DNA of 64,000 bases from NCBI GenBank assembly GCA_041577295.1, contig JBFGJG010000003.1, positions 1 to 64,000 on the forward strand. The letters are read 5' to 3'. Positions 37,444 to 47,412 of the stretch are shown here, piece after piece; the stretch's first letter is position 1, and each line of letters opens with the position of its first letter. A program made the translations under genes and the position numbers. Origin of the DNA: Gemmatimonadales bacterium. Lineage in GTDB: Bacteria; Gemmatimonadota; Gemmatimonadetes; Gemmatimonadales; GWC2-71-9. The notes beneath the pieces were generated by a model, which had not been told where the DNA came from, searched no databases, and saw nothing but the letters and a program-made list of their open reading frames with translations.

Positions 37444-40400
37444 TTACGCCTCGGCGACGTTGCGTACCTTCTTCAGGTACGTCACCGCAGGCCGAGTGTT
37501 GAGGTCCTCCAGGACGTGGTAGCCCCGCGCATCCCCTGCCCAGGTCGACACACGCGCGTTTGCATCTTTTCCATTGCCAAACACGATGGCGTCGGCCGGA
37601 CAAGTCTGTTGGCAGGCAGTCTGAATCTGGCCGTCACCGATCACTCGACCTGAGAGCTTTGCCTGGTGCTGCGCATCTCTGATGCGCTGCACGCAAAACG
37701 TGCACTTCTCCATGACACCCTTGGCACGAACCGTCACGTCCGGATTCAGCTGCCAATTGAGCGGTTCGGGGAAGGAGAACGCCGGGTCCGCCTCGTTTTG
37801 GTGGTCGAACCAGTTGAAGTAGCGGACCTTGTAGGGACAGTTGTTGGAACAGTATCGCGTGCCGACGCACCGGTTGTACACCTGCCCGTTCAACCCGTCG
37901 TGCGTGTGATAGGCGGCGTAAACCGGACAGACGGGCTCACACGGCGCGTTACCACAATGCTGGCAGAGCATCGGGAGGAAGCGCGCTTCAAACGGCTCGT
38001 CACCCTCCCCGCCTTCGAAGTATCGCTCGATGCGGATCCACGACATCTCGCGGCCACGCCGGATCAAGTCGGGTCCGACGGTCGGGATGTTGTTTTCGGC
38101 ATGACACGCCGTCACACAGGCCCCGCACCCCGTACAGCGCGATAGATCGATGGCCATCGCCCATCGGGGATGTTCACCACGTGGAGTACCGGTGTACGGG
38201 AGGACATAGTTGCCACGCTGTTGCTCCCGATATTGCGCCTCCTGCCACTCGTCGAGCACATGCTCGATGTGCTCCGGCACAGGAGCCGCATGGGCCGCAT
38301 GCTCTTCGTGGTGGTCTTCGGGATGTGCCAGGGCTTCGACGGTCGTCGCCTGCGCGACGTTGCGCCCCATCTGGCGTCGGGAGCCCTCTGTTTTGGGGAG
38401 GCGCTCGTGGCGACCGGTATTGCGTAACGTCACGGAGGTGTAGTGGCTCGCCCCGCCGAACGGTGTCGCGTCTGCGTCGAGCAGGGCATACGGATTTGCA
38501 CCCCGACCTTCCGCGTACCGTCCGTACGCGGTGTGCCCTTGTCCCAGTGGCATCGCCACGACGTCCCGGCGGAGTCCGGGATATAGGTATGCAGGCGCCG
38601 TGACGGATCCCGCGGCCGAGGTCACCTCTACGTGGTCACCTTCGGCAATGCCGAGCTCGGCTGCCGTGTCGGGATGGATCTCTACCCAGCTGCTCCACGT
38701 AATCGTCGTGACCGGATCCGGGAGCTCTTGGAGCCACGGGCGGTTGGCGCCGCGCCCGTCGAAGAACGCCGGCGATGGGTACGCCACCAGCGCGAACTGG
38801 CCGTCCGCTTGCGCCCAGGTCGCGGGCGCCATGGCAGCTGCCGTAGGTGCCAAACGGACTTGAGGCTCCCGCCCGCCGTCGGACGTGACGCCGCCGCGTT
38901 GTAGGGCTTGCATCCAGAAGGTCTCGAACGGTTGGCGATCACCGAGACGACGTTGGAGGACTTGCCATTGCTGCTGCAAGTAGTCGCGATAGGTGGGCGC
39001 CGCGAGCCGCGTGGCCGCCTGGCCACCGGCTTGCTGCGCGAGCTGGAGCAAGACATCTCCCGTCTGACGGGTGTCGAACACGGGCCGCATCACCGGTTGG
39101 AGCAACGAATACACGCCGTCGCGCGGCTCGTAGTCGTTCCACTGTTCGAGTGGATCGTGATCCGGAAGGATCAGATCGGCGCGCATCGCGGTCTCGTCCA
39201 TGAACCGCGCGAAGCTCACCGTGAAGTCGACCGAGCCCATCGCGTCGGCAAACCCCAGCGCAGCTGGCGTGGCGTAGGCCGGATTCGCTCCGTGCACGAA
39301 CAACACCCCAACGTTGCCGGCCCGCATGGCCTCTACCAGCTGTCGCGTCGACCGATAGGTCGACCCGCCGGTCACGTTGAGCGACGCGCCAAAGGAAACC
39401 GTGCGGCCGACGTTACCGGCCACGTAGTTCAGAATGTTGACCGCGGCCGCCGTCACGTGCGCTTCGCGATGCTGAGCCCCCATGCCCCCGGCAACCGCCA
39501 CGCTCGATTCCGCCGCAAACTCTCGAGCCACTCGCTCGATCGTCTCCGCTTCCACACCGGTACGTTCTGCCACCGCCGTCGGCGTGTGTCCATCGAGCAG
39601 CGGCGCTAGCCGTCGAATGTCCGGTGGCACCACGGCCAGACCGTCTCGGACAATCACGTGTGCCACCGCGAGGGCCATGAGGGCCTCGGTACCGGGCGCC
39701 GGCGCGATCCACTCGTCCGCGCTGATCCCCGTCATGCTCATCCGTGGCTCCACGTGCACGTATCGTCCCATCCGTCCACTACGGAAGGCGTGGCCGGTCG
39801 TGAAGCCAACGGCGTGCTCGACCGGACTCAGCCACGTCTCGAGGAAGTCCGTTCCAAAGGACAGGATGTAGCGGGCGGCGGCGAAGTCGATGCGCGGAAT
39901 GGCGTCGATACCAAACACCTCACGATTCGCTGCGCGAAGCGCCTCGTAACCAAAAGGCTCGAACACGACCTGCCGGTTCGAGCGAAATGCCGAGAGCCAC
40001 TCAGTAATCAGGCGGCCAAAGCTGCCGGACTCGTTACCGCTCACAAACCACAACCGATCACCGGTTACCTGGCCCAGCTGCTCCACCACGCGGCTGAGAG
40101 CGTCTTCCCAGGTGATCGGCGCGAACTGGCCGTCCGCCCCGCGCGCCATTGGCGCTCGCACCCGGTCGGGGTTGTACAACCCCTGGAGCGACGCTTGCCC
40201 TCGAGCGCATAGTCGCCCTCGGTTCACGGGATGATCGGGATTCCCCTCAACCTTGACGGCGCGGCCCTCCCGAACGCGGACGTGCACCCCACACCCGGCG
40301 GGACACTCCCGACAGGTCGAGGAATACCACGTCGCGACACCCGGGATCTGATCTTCCGGCGGGACCAGGTAGGGAATGAGCTTTTCGACCTGGTCGGACC

Positions 40401-40482
40401 CACAGCCGGACAGCGCAGCAGTCCCGCCACTCGTGACGCCGAGGACCTTCAGGAATCGCCGCCGATTCATTCCACTGGGCAT
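37444..40482 (-). CDS. actB: Alternative complex III subunit ActB (molybdopterin-oxidoreductase-like domain fused to Fe-S domain)
   Basis: Tat signal NRRRFLK with LSGC; KVEGNPDHP; WLQELPDP; Fe-S motifs CTGCGACVTAC, CQHCGNAPCEPVC, CVGTRYCSNNC, CTFC…CQQTC. Confidence 0.93.
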   Translation of the reverse strand: MPSGMNRRRFLKVLGVTSGGTAALSGCGSDQVEKLIPYLVPPEDQIPGVATWYSSTCRECPAGCGVHVRVREGRAVKVEGNPDHPVNRGRLCARGQASLQGLYNPDRVRAPMARGADGQFAPITWEDALSRVVEQLGQVTGDRLWFVSGNESGSFGRLITEWLSAFRSNRQVVFEPFGYEALRAANREVFGIDAIPRIDFAAARYILSFGTDFLETWLSPVEHAVGFTTGHAFRSGRMGRYVHVEPRMSMTGISADEWIAPAPGTEALMALAVAHVIVRDGLAVVPPDIRRLAPLLDGHTPTAVAERTGVEAETIERVAREFAAESSVAVAGGMGAQHREAHVTAAAVNILNYVAGNVGRTVSFGASLNVTGGSTYRSTRQLVEAMRAGNVGVLFVHGANPAYATPAALGFADAMGSVDFTVSFARFMDETAMRADLILPDHDPLEQWNDYEPRDGVYSLLQPVMRPVFDTRQTGDVLLQLAQQAGGQAATRLAAPTYRDYLQQQWQVLQRRLGDRQPFETFWMQALQRGGVTSDGGREPQVRLAPTAAAMAPATWAQADGQFALVAYPSPAFFDGRGANRPWLQELPDPVTTITWSSWVEIHPDTAAELGIAEGDHVEVTSAAGSVTAPAYLYPGLRRDVVAMPLGQGHTAYGRYAEGRGANPYALLDADATPFGGASHYTSVTLRNTGRHERLPKTEGSRRQMGRNVAQATTVEALAHPEDHHEEHAAHAAPVPEHIEHVLDEWQEAQYREQQRGNYVLPYTGTPRGEHPRWAMAIDLSRCTGCGACVTACHAENNIPTVGPDLIRRGREMSWIRIERYFEGGEGDEPFEARFLPMLCQHCGNAPCEPVCPVYAAYHTHDGLNGQVYNRCVGTRYCSNNCPYKVRYFNWFDHQNEADPAFSFPEPLNWQLNPDVTVRAKGVMEKCTFCVQRIRDAQHQAKLSGRVIGDGQIQTACQQTCPADAIVFGNGKDANARVSTWAGDARGYHVLEDLNTRPAVTYLKKVRNVAEA

Positions 40483-40514
40483 CGCCTAGGTCACCTCACT
40501 CCATCGACGCGCCA

Positions 40515-41087
40515 TCAGTAATGGCACGCCGTACAATCGGTCGTGACTTGCCGCGCTTCGTGACAATCGAGGCACCATCCCATCTTGAGAGACGCGTACT
40601 GATACACCTGCGGCATCCGCTCCACCTGTCCATGACACTCGGCGCATTCCAGTCCGGCCAACACGTGTCGGTGATGTGGAAAGTGGACGAATTGTGAGAG
40701 GGCATGCACCTCGACCCACTCCACCGGTTGGTTCTCGTTGAAATACTCGCGCAGCCGCTCAACCTCAGGATTACCGCTGCCGACGATCAGGTGACATCCG
40801 CGACACGACGACATCGCGGGAATGCCCGGCTTGGGACTCACCTCGAGAGTGACGTGGCAATACTGGCAATCCATCTGGTACTGCCCTGCATGTATATCGT
40901 GTCTGAAAAAGATCGGCTGGCGAGGGCCTGGAAGACCGGTCGTGTCGACATCGACCGGCGCCTGGTAGGACGCTACCGGGCCACTCGGTGCCTGGGGGTC
41001 TTGGGCCCGCCCTAACGGGACGAGCGCGGCCGCCGCGATCGCGACGAACACGAGGGCCAACCCTCCCAGGACGAGTCTCTTTCTCAT
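40515..41087 (-). CDS. actA: Alternative complex III pentaheme cytochrome c ActA
   Basis: N-terminal TM and five CXXCH motifs (CQYCH, CRGCH, CAECH, CLDCH, CTACH); QPIFFRHDIHAG. Confidence 0.92.
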   Translation of the reverse strand: MRKRLVLGGLALVFVAIAAAALVPLGRAQDPQAPSGPVASYQAPVDVDTTGLPGPRQPIFFRHDIHAGQYQMDCQYCHVTLEVSPKPGIPAMSSCRGCHLIVGSGNPEVERLREYFNENQPVEWVEVHALSQFVHFPHHRHVLAGLECAECHGQVERMPQVYQYASLKMGWCLDCHEARQVTTDCTACHY

Positions 41088-41327
41088 ACCGGACCTTTGC
41101 CGGGTCAGAAGACGTTCCTTCGGCCTGCGGCAATCGCCCACGGCGAGCCGCCGAGAGTTCTGCTTGACCTGCTGTGAATCGGCCGCAAAGAGGTGTCAAA
41201 ACAAATGAATGCGAGGTGCGGCCGCAGGTAAAATACTCGATGGCGCTAAGAGCACAACCAGCGCAAAACCCCGGCTCGGCGCGGGCGCGTAGGCGTGGAT
41301 TGCGGGTGTGGGGAGGAGGGAGGCGTG

Positions 41328-42500
41328 TCAGCGATTCGCGTAGACGAGGGTTCCACGGCGGTTCAGGTCCAAATCGAGTATCGGCCCCCGCCCCGGGACC
41401 TCGATCGTGCCCTCAGCGGACATCTCCACGTCGATGAGGTCGGCACCGGGCGGAAACCACCGATCGCTTGGCTCGACGTCGGAGGGATACACAAAACCAC
41501 CATGGCAGCCGAGAGCTAGCATCGGTTGGACCCCTAGTCCACTTTCGGGCATCGTCCCGCCCCATAGTTTGGCGTTTACCGTCTCGGCGTAGGCGTACAG
41601 CCGGCACGCCCGCTCGAGACCGCCAACGCGCTGAATCTTCAGATTCCACACCCACGGTCCGCCCAGGGCGACGATTTGTCGCGCCCAGTCCTCCGAAACC
41701 AATGACTCATCCAGACAGATGGGTGTCCGCAGCCGCTGGCTGAGCTCCCAATGCTCCCGCAGGCACTCCGCGGGATACGGTTGCTCGAGGTAAAGCAACG
41801 CCAGACCGTCGAGCCCCCGCAGGTGCTCCCCAGCCGACAGCGGGTCGTACGCCCCGTTGGCATCCGCGCTGAGCGGCACCCGCCCATCGATCGTCTCACG
41901 CGCAGCGGCGAGCGGCATCCGATCCCACCCCGGCGCGATCTTGATCTTGACCCGCCGATACCCGCGCGCCACGGCCTGCTCGATCTGCTCACGCAAGCGG
42001 CCGATGTCGCGACCGCTTGGAATCCCCAGGGCCACGCCGCAGACCACATGATCCCTCCGGTCGAGCCAGATACCGCTCACCCCGAGCTCCCTCAGGCGCG
42101 CCGTCACGAGGTCCACCAGCGGCATAGATGCGCGCTGTGCCAGGAGGTCCCACCAGGCTGTGTCGACACCGGCCCGGGCCATCTCGTTTCCACGAATGCC
42201 CTCGCTCAATACCCGGTCGAGCGCGCGGGGATGGTCAACCGGTTGTTGGATCACGCGAGGCAGGAGCCAGTCGCAGAGCACAGCGCGGGCAGACGCAACC
42301 GTTTCGCTCGAGTAGAACGGCGCGACAAACGGGGCGGATTCACCAAACCCTCGCCGCCCCTCGTCGTCCTCGAGCTCGACGATGAGCGAGCGCCGCTCCG
42401 TAAGTGCACCCCCGCTGATGACGAACGTGTCCGTCAGAGGTAGGGCGACCTCGTAGAGCCGGGTGCGAACGATGCGAAGTGGTCGCTCAGCGGGCAGCAC
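41328..42500 (-). CDS. Enolase-superfamily OSBS / N-acylamino acid racemase-like protein
   Basis: PFYSSETV, KIKIAPGWD, ADANGAY, EQP, CLDES, NLKIQRVGG, WGGTMPESG, PSDVEPSDRWF. Confidence 0.85.
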   Translation of the reverse strand: MLPAERPLRIVRTRLYEVALPLTDTFVISGGALTERRSLIVELEDDEGRRGFGESAPFVAPFYSSETVASARAVLCDWLLPRVIQQPVDHPRALDRVLSEGIRGNEMARAGVDTAWWDLLAQRASMPLVDLVTARLRELGVSGIWLDRRDHVVCGVALGIPSGRDIGRLREQIEQAVARGYRRVKIKIAPGWDRMPLAAARETIDGRVPLSADANGAYDPLSAGEHLRGLDGLALLYLEQPYPAECLREHWELSQRLRTPICLDESLVSEDWARQIVALGGPWVWNLKIQRVGGLERACRLYAYAETVNAKLWGGTMPESGLGVQPMLALGCHGGFVYPSDVEPSDRWFPPGADLIDVEMSAEGTIEVPGRGPILDLDLNRRGTLVYANR

Positions 42501-43722
42501 GAAGCGATGTATGTAGCGTGGGAGCGCGGTCCACCACGTCTAGGAAATGGATCGCGTGCTCGCGCATCTCCACCAATCCGGCCTCGTAACAGTGCCGCAG
42601 CCAGACGGCCAGCCCACACACCGGGTGCAGGATGAGGGTGTGGAGGGCGCGTGCCGTTCTCGAACCATGGGCAGCGATGTACTCCGACAGCGGCACTTGA
42701 AAGAACGTGTGAATCTGACCGTTTTCGCAGCCGCGCAGAGCGTACTCCATCATCATGCGACCCGAACAGATGTTTCCTGTTGCCGACAGCGGCGGAAGGA
42801 CCAGCTGCTCGGCGAAGAGCATATCGAGCACGCGGAGGTTGCGGTCGCTCAATTCCCACCCGCCGAATGCGACACCACGATCGGGATCGAACAGCCGATT
42901 GAACACAATGAGAAACGCCGCTGGCGAATCCGGCAGGGTAAGCGTCCGCACCATCTCCACCTGAAACGCGTCGTCGAACAGGGCGTTCATGACTTTGACA
43001 CCCAACCGCACGCGGCCGCCTCCCGCCCGGTGAATGAGTGTGGGAACCTGCCGGAGCCAGGCCAGCACGGCGGCGCGGTCCTGAGCGCGGTCGTCACCGG
43101 CTAGGGTGGGACTGAAATCCTTTTCCAGCACCATCGGCCCCCCGCAGCCCGCTCGATCCCACACGGTGAGAAGCCGACTGGTCGTGTGGTGATACTCGTC
43201 CAGGCGAAAGTCGTCTCCGGCAGCGGGTAAGTGATATTTCACTGACGGGATCACGGGAATGTCCGCAGTGCGCGCGGCGTCGAGCGGGGCTTCGAAGAAT
43301 TGTAGGTACGCTTCCAGATTGCCGGTCCAACCCCGCCCCTTCCACGTGACGGTCCAGCCGGCACGACCGTCCGCCAGCGAGCGCCGCTCCACACGCATCC
43401 GCGTTTCCGGCACCGTCCACGCCTGCATGGACGCCTGGCCGCCCGCGTCTTCCGCGATGACCGTCTTGAGAACGATGAACCCAATGCCGGCCGCCACATC
43501 AATCTCCACCTGTGCAGGCGTACACGAGAGTTGGCCAGATGCCTTTCCGAAGGGATGCGGAATCGAGATTCCCGCATAGCGGGCGGACAGATCGAGGCTT
43601 AGCTCCTCACGAACCAGAAGGGGCAGGTCTGCTGGGGGCTCGTGGCGGGTCAATTCGAGCAACCGCTCTAACCTCGTGCGCCAATCGGCCGCGACGCTGG
43701 GTGTTTTCGGGAGCAGTGTCAC
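42487..43722 (-). CDS. Hypothetical TIM-barrel protein, distantly dihydroorotate-dehydrogenase-like
   Basis: DLSARYAG….PFGKASGQLS, GFIVLKTV, LSATGNICSG; start at the GTGA overlap. Confidence 0.6.
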   Translation of the reverse strand: MTLLPKTPSVAADWRTRLERLLELTRHEPPADLPLLVREELSLDLSARYAGISIPHPFGKASGQLSCTPAQVEIDVAAGIGFIVLKTVIAEDAGGQASMQAWTVPETRMRVERRSLADGRAGWTVTWKGRGWTGNLEAYLQFFEAPLDAARTADIPVIPSVKYHLPAAGDDFRLDEYHHTTSRLLTVWDRAGCGGPMVLEKDFSPTLAGDDRAQDRAAVLAWLRQVPTLIHRAGGGRVRLGVKVMNALFDDAFQVEMVRTLTLPDSPAAFLIVFNRLFDPDRGVAFGGWELSDRNLRVLDMLFAEQLVLPPLSATGNICSGRMMMEYALRGCENGQIHTFFQVPLSEYIAAHGSRTARALHTLILHPVCGLAVWLRHCYEAGLVEMREHAIHFLDVVDRAPTLHTSLRAAR

Positions 43723-44684
43723 TTTGCGCGAAGCCGTTGAACGGCCGCACGCACACGATCGTGCTCCGCGGCCGGCAGCGGCGGAGCGTGGCGGTCCAAT
43801 GCAGGGGGAATCACGCCGTCGGCAGTGAGGGCCCACAGCATCCGCTGCACGTAGCCCTCCATTGGAGGAACGAAGGTCGCGGCTGCAAACACATCGAGCT
43901 GGTGCGATCGTCGAACGAACGTGGCCAGGTCGCGTTTGAACCACGCGTCGAGCAGGCCAACCGTGACGTCTGTACAGGCCGCGGCTATCCCAACCAGTGC
44001 ACACGTGGCGCCGAGCATGAGAGAGTATCCGAGAAACCGGTCCTCACCCGTGATCAAGAGCGCCGACGACTGCTGGACAATGGGAGCCAGCTCTTGGAAG
44101 GTCATCACGCTGTCGAGCGTTGCCACCTTGATCCCGATCACGCCTTCGAGAGCGAGCAGTTTCTCAACGACCCCTGAACCGTACGACACACCACCAGCGG
44201 CTTCGTAGAGGTAGAACGCGATGATCGGCAACCCGACGTCGGTCAACGCGGCATGCAAGGCGACGATCCGGCTGTCGGCATCGGCAAGACCGCTTAGCGC
44301 GGTGGGTGGGTGCACCAACAAGCCTCCTGCGCCACCGCGTTTCGCCGCACACGCCATATCGACCGTTGAGCTGATCACGGTATCCGTCAGCGCGCGCGCT
44401 TCGTGCGGAAGGGTGGCGCTGGCCTCTACACCCACGCCGCAAATTACGGGAACATCCCGGAGCCCCTGGCACCAAGCGTCGAGCACCCAGGCCCGCTCCT
44501 CCGCGCTGAGCCGCAAACCGCGGCCGGTATGCGCCCACACCGCTACGCCGCCCATCGACTGGTGGGCCATCCACTCGACGTAGGTACGGTGACTGTCGCG
44601 ATCGATCGAGCCGTCGGCCCGGAAGGGAACGGGAGCAGCCGGAATCACGCACCGCTCTAGACGCGCGCGCAGATCAAGCGTCAC
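43719..44684 (-). CDS. Dihydrodipicolinate synthase (DapA/NAL) family aldolase/lyase
   Basis: IPAAPVPFRADG.ID, AHTGRG, FYLY, Schiff-base GIKVATLDS, ITGEDRF. Confidence 0.85.
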   Translation of the reverse strand: MTLDLRARLERCVIPAAPVPFRADGSIDRDSHRTYVEWMAHQSMGGVAVWAHTGRGLRLSAEERAWVLDAWCQGLRDVPVICGVGVEASATLPHEARALTDTVISSTVDMACAAKRGGAGGLLVHPPTALSGLADADSRIVALHAALTDVGLPIIAFYLYEAAGGVSYGSGVVEKLLALEGVIGIKVATLDSVMTFQELAPIVQQSSALLITGEDRFLGYSLMLGATCALVGIAAACTDVTVGLLDAWFKRDLATFVRRSHQLDVFAAATFVPPMEGYVQRMLWALTADGVIPPALDRHAPPLPAAEHDRVRAAVQRLRAK

Positions 44685-45459
44685 GCGACGCTAACCAGGC
44701 TGTCAGATTGCGCTCGCAAATCGCATCCTGGGCACTGGGATCTTGTAGCAGCTCGAGCTTGGCAAACGCCCCGTCGGGAACACGGAAAGGCATGCCGGTT
44801 CCGAGCGTGAACCGCTCTAGGCCCATCGTCTCACCCAGCAGCCGGAGGTGGTCCTCCGGTGGCCCCCAGATCCACGAGATGTCCCACAGCACCCGCGCGG
44901 CTTCCTCTGGCGTGAGCCCGAAGTGAACCTCTTCGATGAATGCACGATCAGCGTGGGTCACGAGCAAGTGAGCGCCGCCGTCGACCCGGGCCAGCCGACG
45001 GACGGCCGCTGCCGGCAGCTCTCCACAGAGATCGCGGGGGTGACGCTGTCTGGCGTCCTCCAGTCGAACCGTCACCACCGCGGGTATCCCCATTGACCCG
45101 AGAACGGTAACCGCATGACGCATATCGGTGCCGGCGGGGTCCACGGCTTGGAACTGCGGTGCGAGCCACACGGCCGGTACACCTTGCTCGCGCGCGCGCG
45201 CGACGTCATCGCCCCACTGGGGAAGCACCGGATTGATCACGGGGACCGGAAGGAGTCGATCGCGCTGCGGTGCGACGAGGTCGGCGAGCTCCTCATTGCC
45301 GGGCGCGGGATCGGCGTGAAACGCGGTCCCCACGTGTCGGACCCACGCCCGCTCGATCTGCAGCCGATCCATTTGCGCCAGCAGCCACGATGGGTCGCAA
45401 TGCGCCAGATGGCGAAACGGATAGGGACCCACAAACACCGCGACGTCAGTCACCGGCAT
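44674..45459 (-). CDS. Amidohydrolase-fold protein lacking the N-terminal HxH metal ligands
   Basis: TDVAVFVGPYPFR, PVINP, LGTGMPF; coupled to the next amidohydrolase gene. Confidence 0.7.
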   Translation of the reverse strand: MPVTDVAVFVGPYPFRHLAHCDPSWLLAQMDRLQIERAWVRHVGTAFHADPAPGNEELADLVAPQRDRLLPVPVINPVLPQWGDDVARAREQGVPAVWLAPQFQAVDPAGTDMRHAVTVLGSMGIPAVVTVRLEDARQRHPRDLCGELPAAAVRRLARVDGGAHLLVTHADRAFIEEVHFGLTPEEAARVLWDISWIWGPPEDHLRLLGETMGLERFTLGTGMPFRVPDGAFAKLELLQDPSAQDAICERNLTAWLASRDA

Positions 45460-46252
45460 GAAACGTTCCGGCGGGGAAGATCGACAAGGCATTGCCGGCG
45501 CGAATGTGGGCCATGGCGTCGGAACGAAGCGATAACGATTCGAGGTAGCGGAGCTTGGCGAGCCCCGTGTCCAAGGTCAGATCGGCGCCGAACAACAACC
45601 GGTTGGCACCGATGACGCGGACGACAGTCTCGATCATGTCCACATCCATCCCGCTACCGGAGAGATCGATCCAGATATTCTGAACGGTACGGACCGCTCG
45701 AATGCTGTGAGCCCAATCTCCACCGCCACCCAAGTGCGCGAGGATGAAATTGGTCTCGAGGTGACGGGCGGCAAGCTCGGCAAGCTCGACCGCATCGGAA
45801 GCTTCCTGTCCTGACCAGTCGTGGCGCCGGTACTGCCAGATGTGCTGCAAAATGGGAACGCCACGCGCGCCCGCGAGCTCGGCGATGGGATCGAGCAACG
45901 GATCGTTTGCACGGCGGCTCGCGGCGAGCTTGATCCCGATCATGCCCTGGTCCAACCGCCGCTCGATCTCAGCAATCGCGTCCGCCGGATAGTTGGGATT
46001 CACGACGCAGTAGCCGAACACGAGTCCAGGATGGGCACGTTGCAACGACAGCATTTCGTCGTTGGCGTGACGGACATCCTCGGGTGACGGAAAGTACGTT
46101 GGCGAGCGGCGCCCCCACGTGCCGAGAATGGATGCCACGTGTGCTGAGATGCCCATCGCCTTGCCGATGGTCAGACGGCGCTCGTTCAGCTCCTGCCAAT
46201 CCGCACGCGCCGAGTGTTCGCAATAGAAGTGGGCGTGTACGTCGATCAGCAT
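45446..46252 (-). CDS. Amidohydrolase_2 family metal-dependent hydrolase
   Basis: MLIDVHAH, GIKL, PILQH, ILAHLGGGG, RLLFGAD. Confidence 0.85.
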   Translation of the reverse strand: MLIDVHAHFYCEHSARADWQELNERRLTIGKAMGISAHVASILGTWGRRSPTYFPSPEDVRHANDEMLSLQRAHPGLVFGYCVVNPNYPADAIAEIERRLDQGMIGIKLAASRRANDPLLDPIAELAGARGVPILQHIWQYRRHDWSGQEASDAVELAELAARHLETNFILAHLGGGGDWAHSIRAVRTVQNIWIDLSGSGMDVDMIETVVRVIGANRLLFGADLTLDTGLAKLRYLESLSLRSDAMAHIRAGNALSIFPAGTFHAGD

Positions 46253-47412
46253 GTGCCCTGCGCTGCCTGCATCGCCTCTTCGAGACGTGCGATGATCTCG
46301 CTGATCACTACTTCGGTATGCGCGAGCGAAACGAAGTTGTATGCGTTCCGCTTGAAGAGAAGACCTCGCCGCGCACACTCGCACGCAACGATGCTCGAGG
46401 TCTCCTGATCCTGCCATTCGAGGTAAGCCATCTGCGGGATGCCACGCACACCGTGTGTGAGATTTGGAAAGCTCGCAGCGAGACGAGCCAGGCCCTCGTA
46501 GAACAGCGCGCCAACCCGATCCAGATGCGTACAGACGTCGGCTCGCTCGAACGTGTCGAGTACCGTGTAAGCCGCAGCGAGGCTCACTGATTCTGTGGCC
46601 AACGTGGACGAGATCCACGTCCGGGTACACGCTTCCATGAGCTCCCGAGAACCGCACACGGCGGCGATCGGCATGCCGTTGCCCAGGGCCTTCCCCACCA
46701 CGGAGAGATCGGGGATCACCTCGTATCGCTCGGCCGCTCCACCCACGGCGATGCGGAATGCCGTTTTGATCTCATCAAACACGAGCACGGCCCCAGTTTG
46801 GGAGGCCAAGTCCCTTGCAGCTTGCAGCCAGCGCTGGTCTGGCGCACCATCGATCACTGGCTCCAGCACGATTGCCGCCGGCGGCGGACTTGTGATGACC
46901 GCACCCCGCAGCGCTTCCACATCGTTGAACGGCACGGCGTCGCGTAGCGCCTTGACCTGCTCCGGTACACCAGGTGTCTCCTGGCACCAATCCAACCAGC
47001 CGTGATAGCCGCACGTGACGACCCGCGTTCGCCCAGTGACCACGCGGGCGATCCGCACCGCACCTGCAACGGCCTCCGCACCCGTCTTGAAGAAGTGCAC
47101 CGCGTCCGTGCCCGGAATGGCCGCCCCGAGACGCTCGGCAACCTGCTGCTCCCGGACAGGGGGAAGCGGACCGACGATCCCGTCGGCCGCCGCTCTCGTC
47201 ACGGCCTCGACCACCGACGCGTAACCGTACCCAAGGGCCACAGCACCAAGCGCCATGATGGTATCGAGATACTCCCGCCCCTCACTGTCCCATACGTGGC
47301 ACCCGTGTGCTCGAACCATGCGCAGCGGGATCGTGCTCAGATCGGCGTGTGCAACACCAAAGAGCGCCTCGGGCCGCTTGCTCCCGGTCGAAGTAAAACC
47401 GGGAATCGTCAT
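46246..47412 (-). CDS. Class III PLP aminotransferase (GSA-aminomutase-like, not canonical HemL)
   Basis: IPGFTSTGSKRP, VWDSEGREYLD, KTGAEA, GYHGW, FDEIKTAFR, PDLSVVGKALGNGMP. Confidence 0.85.
   Translation of the reverse strand: MTIPGFTSTGSKRPEALFGVAHADLSTIPLRMVRAHGCHVWDSEGREYLDTIMALGAVALGYGYASVVEAVTRAAADGIVGPLPPVREQQVAERLGAAIPGTDAVHFFKTGAEAVAGAVRIARVVTGRTRVVTCGYHGWLDWCQETPGVPEQVKALRDAVPFNDVEALRGAVITSPPPAAIVLEPVIDGAPDQRWLQAARDLASQTGAVLVFDEIKTAFRIAVGGAAERYEVIPDLSVVGKALGNGMPIAAVCGSRELMEACTRTWISSTLATESVSLAAAYTVLDTFERADVCTHLDRVGALFYEGLARLAASFPNLTHGVRGIPQMAYLEWQDQETSSIVACECARRGLLFKRNAYNFVSLAHTEVVISEIIARLEEAMQAAQGTC

Noticed and set aside
33796..41087. Polysulfide reductase or Nrf nitrite reductase operon
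   Set aside because: The six-gene order with pentaheme cytochrome, DUF3341, monoheme lipoprotein and a second NrfD-like subunit is that of alternative complex III.
41328..42500. menC of menaquinone synthesis
   Set aside because: No other men genes nearby, and the family includes N-acylamino acid racemases, so no symbol was assigned.
46246..47412. hemL
   Set aside because: Lacks the PGGVNSPVR signature and has no tetrapyrrole gene context.
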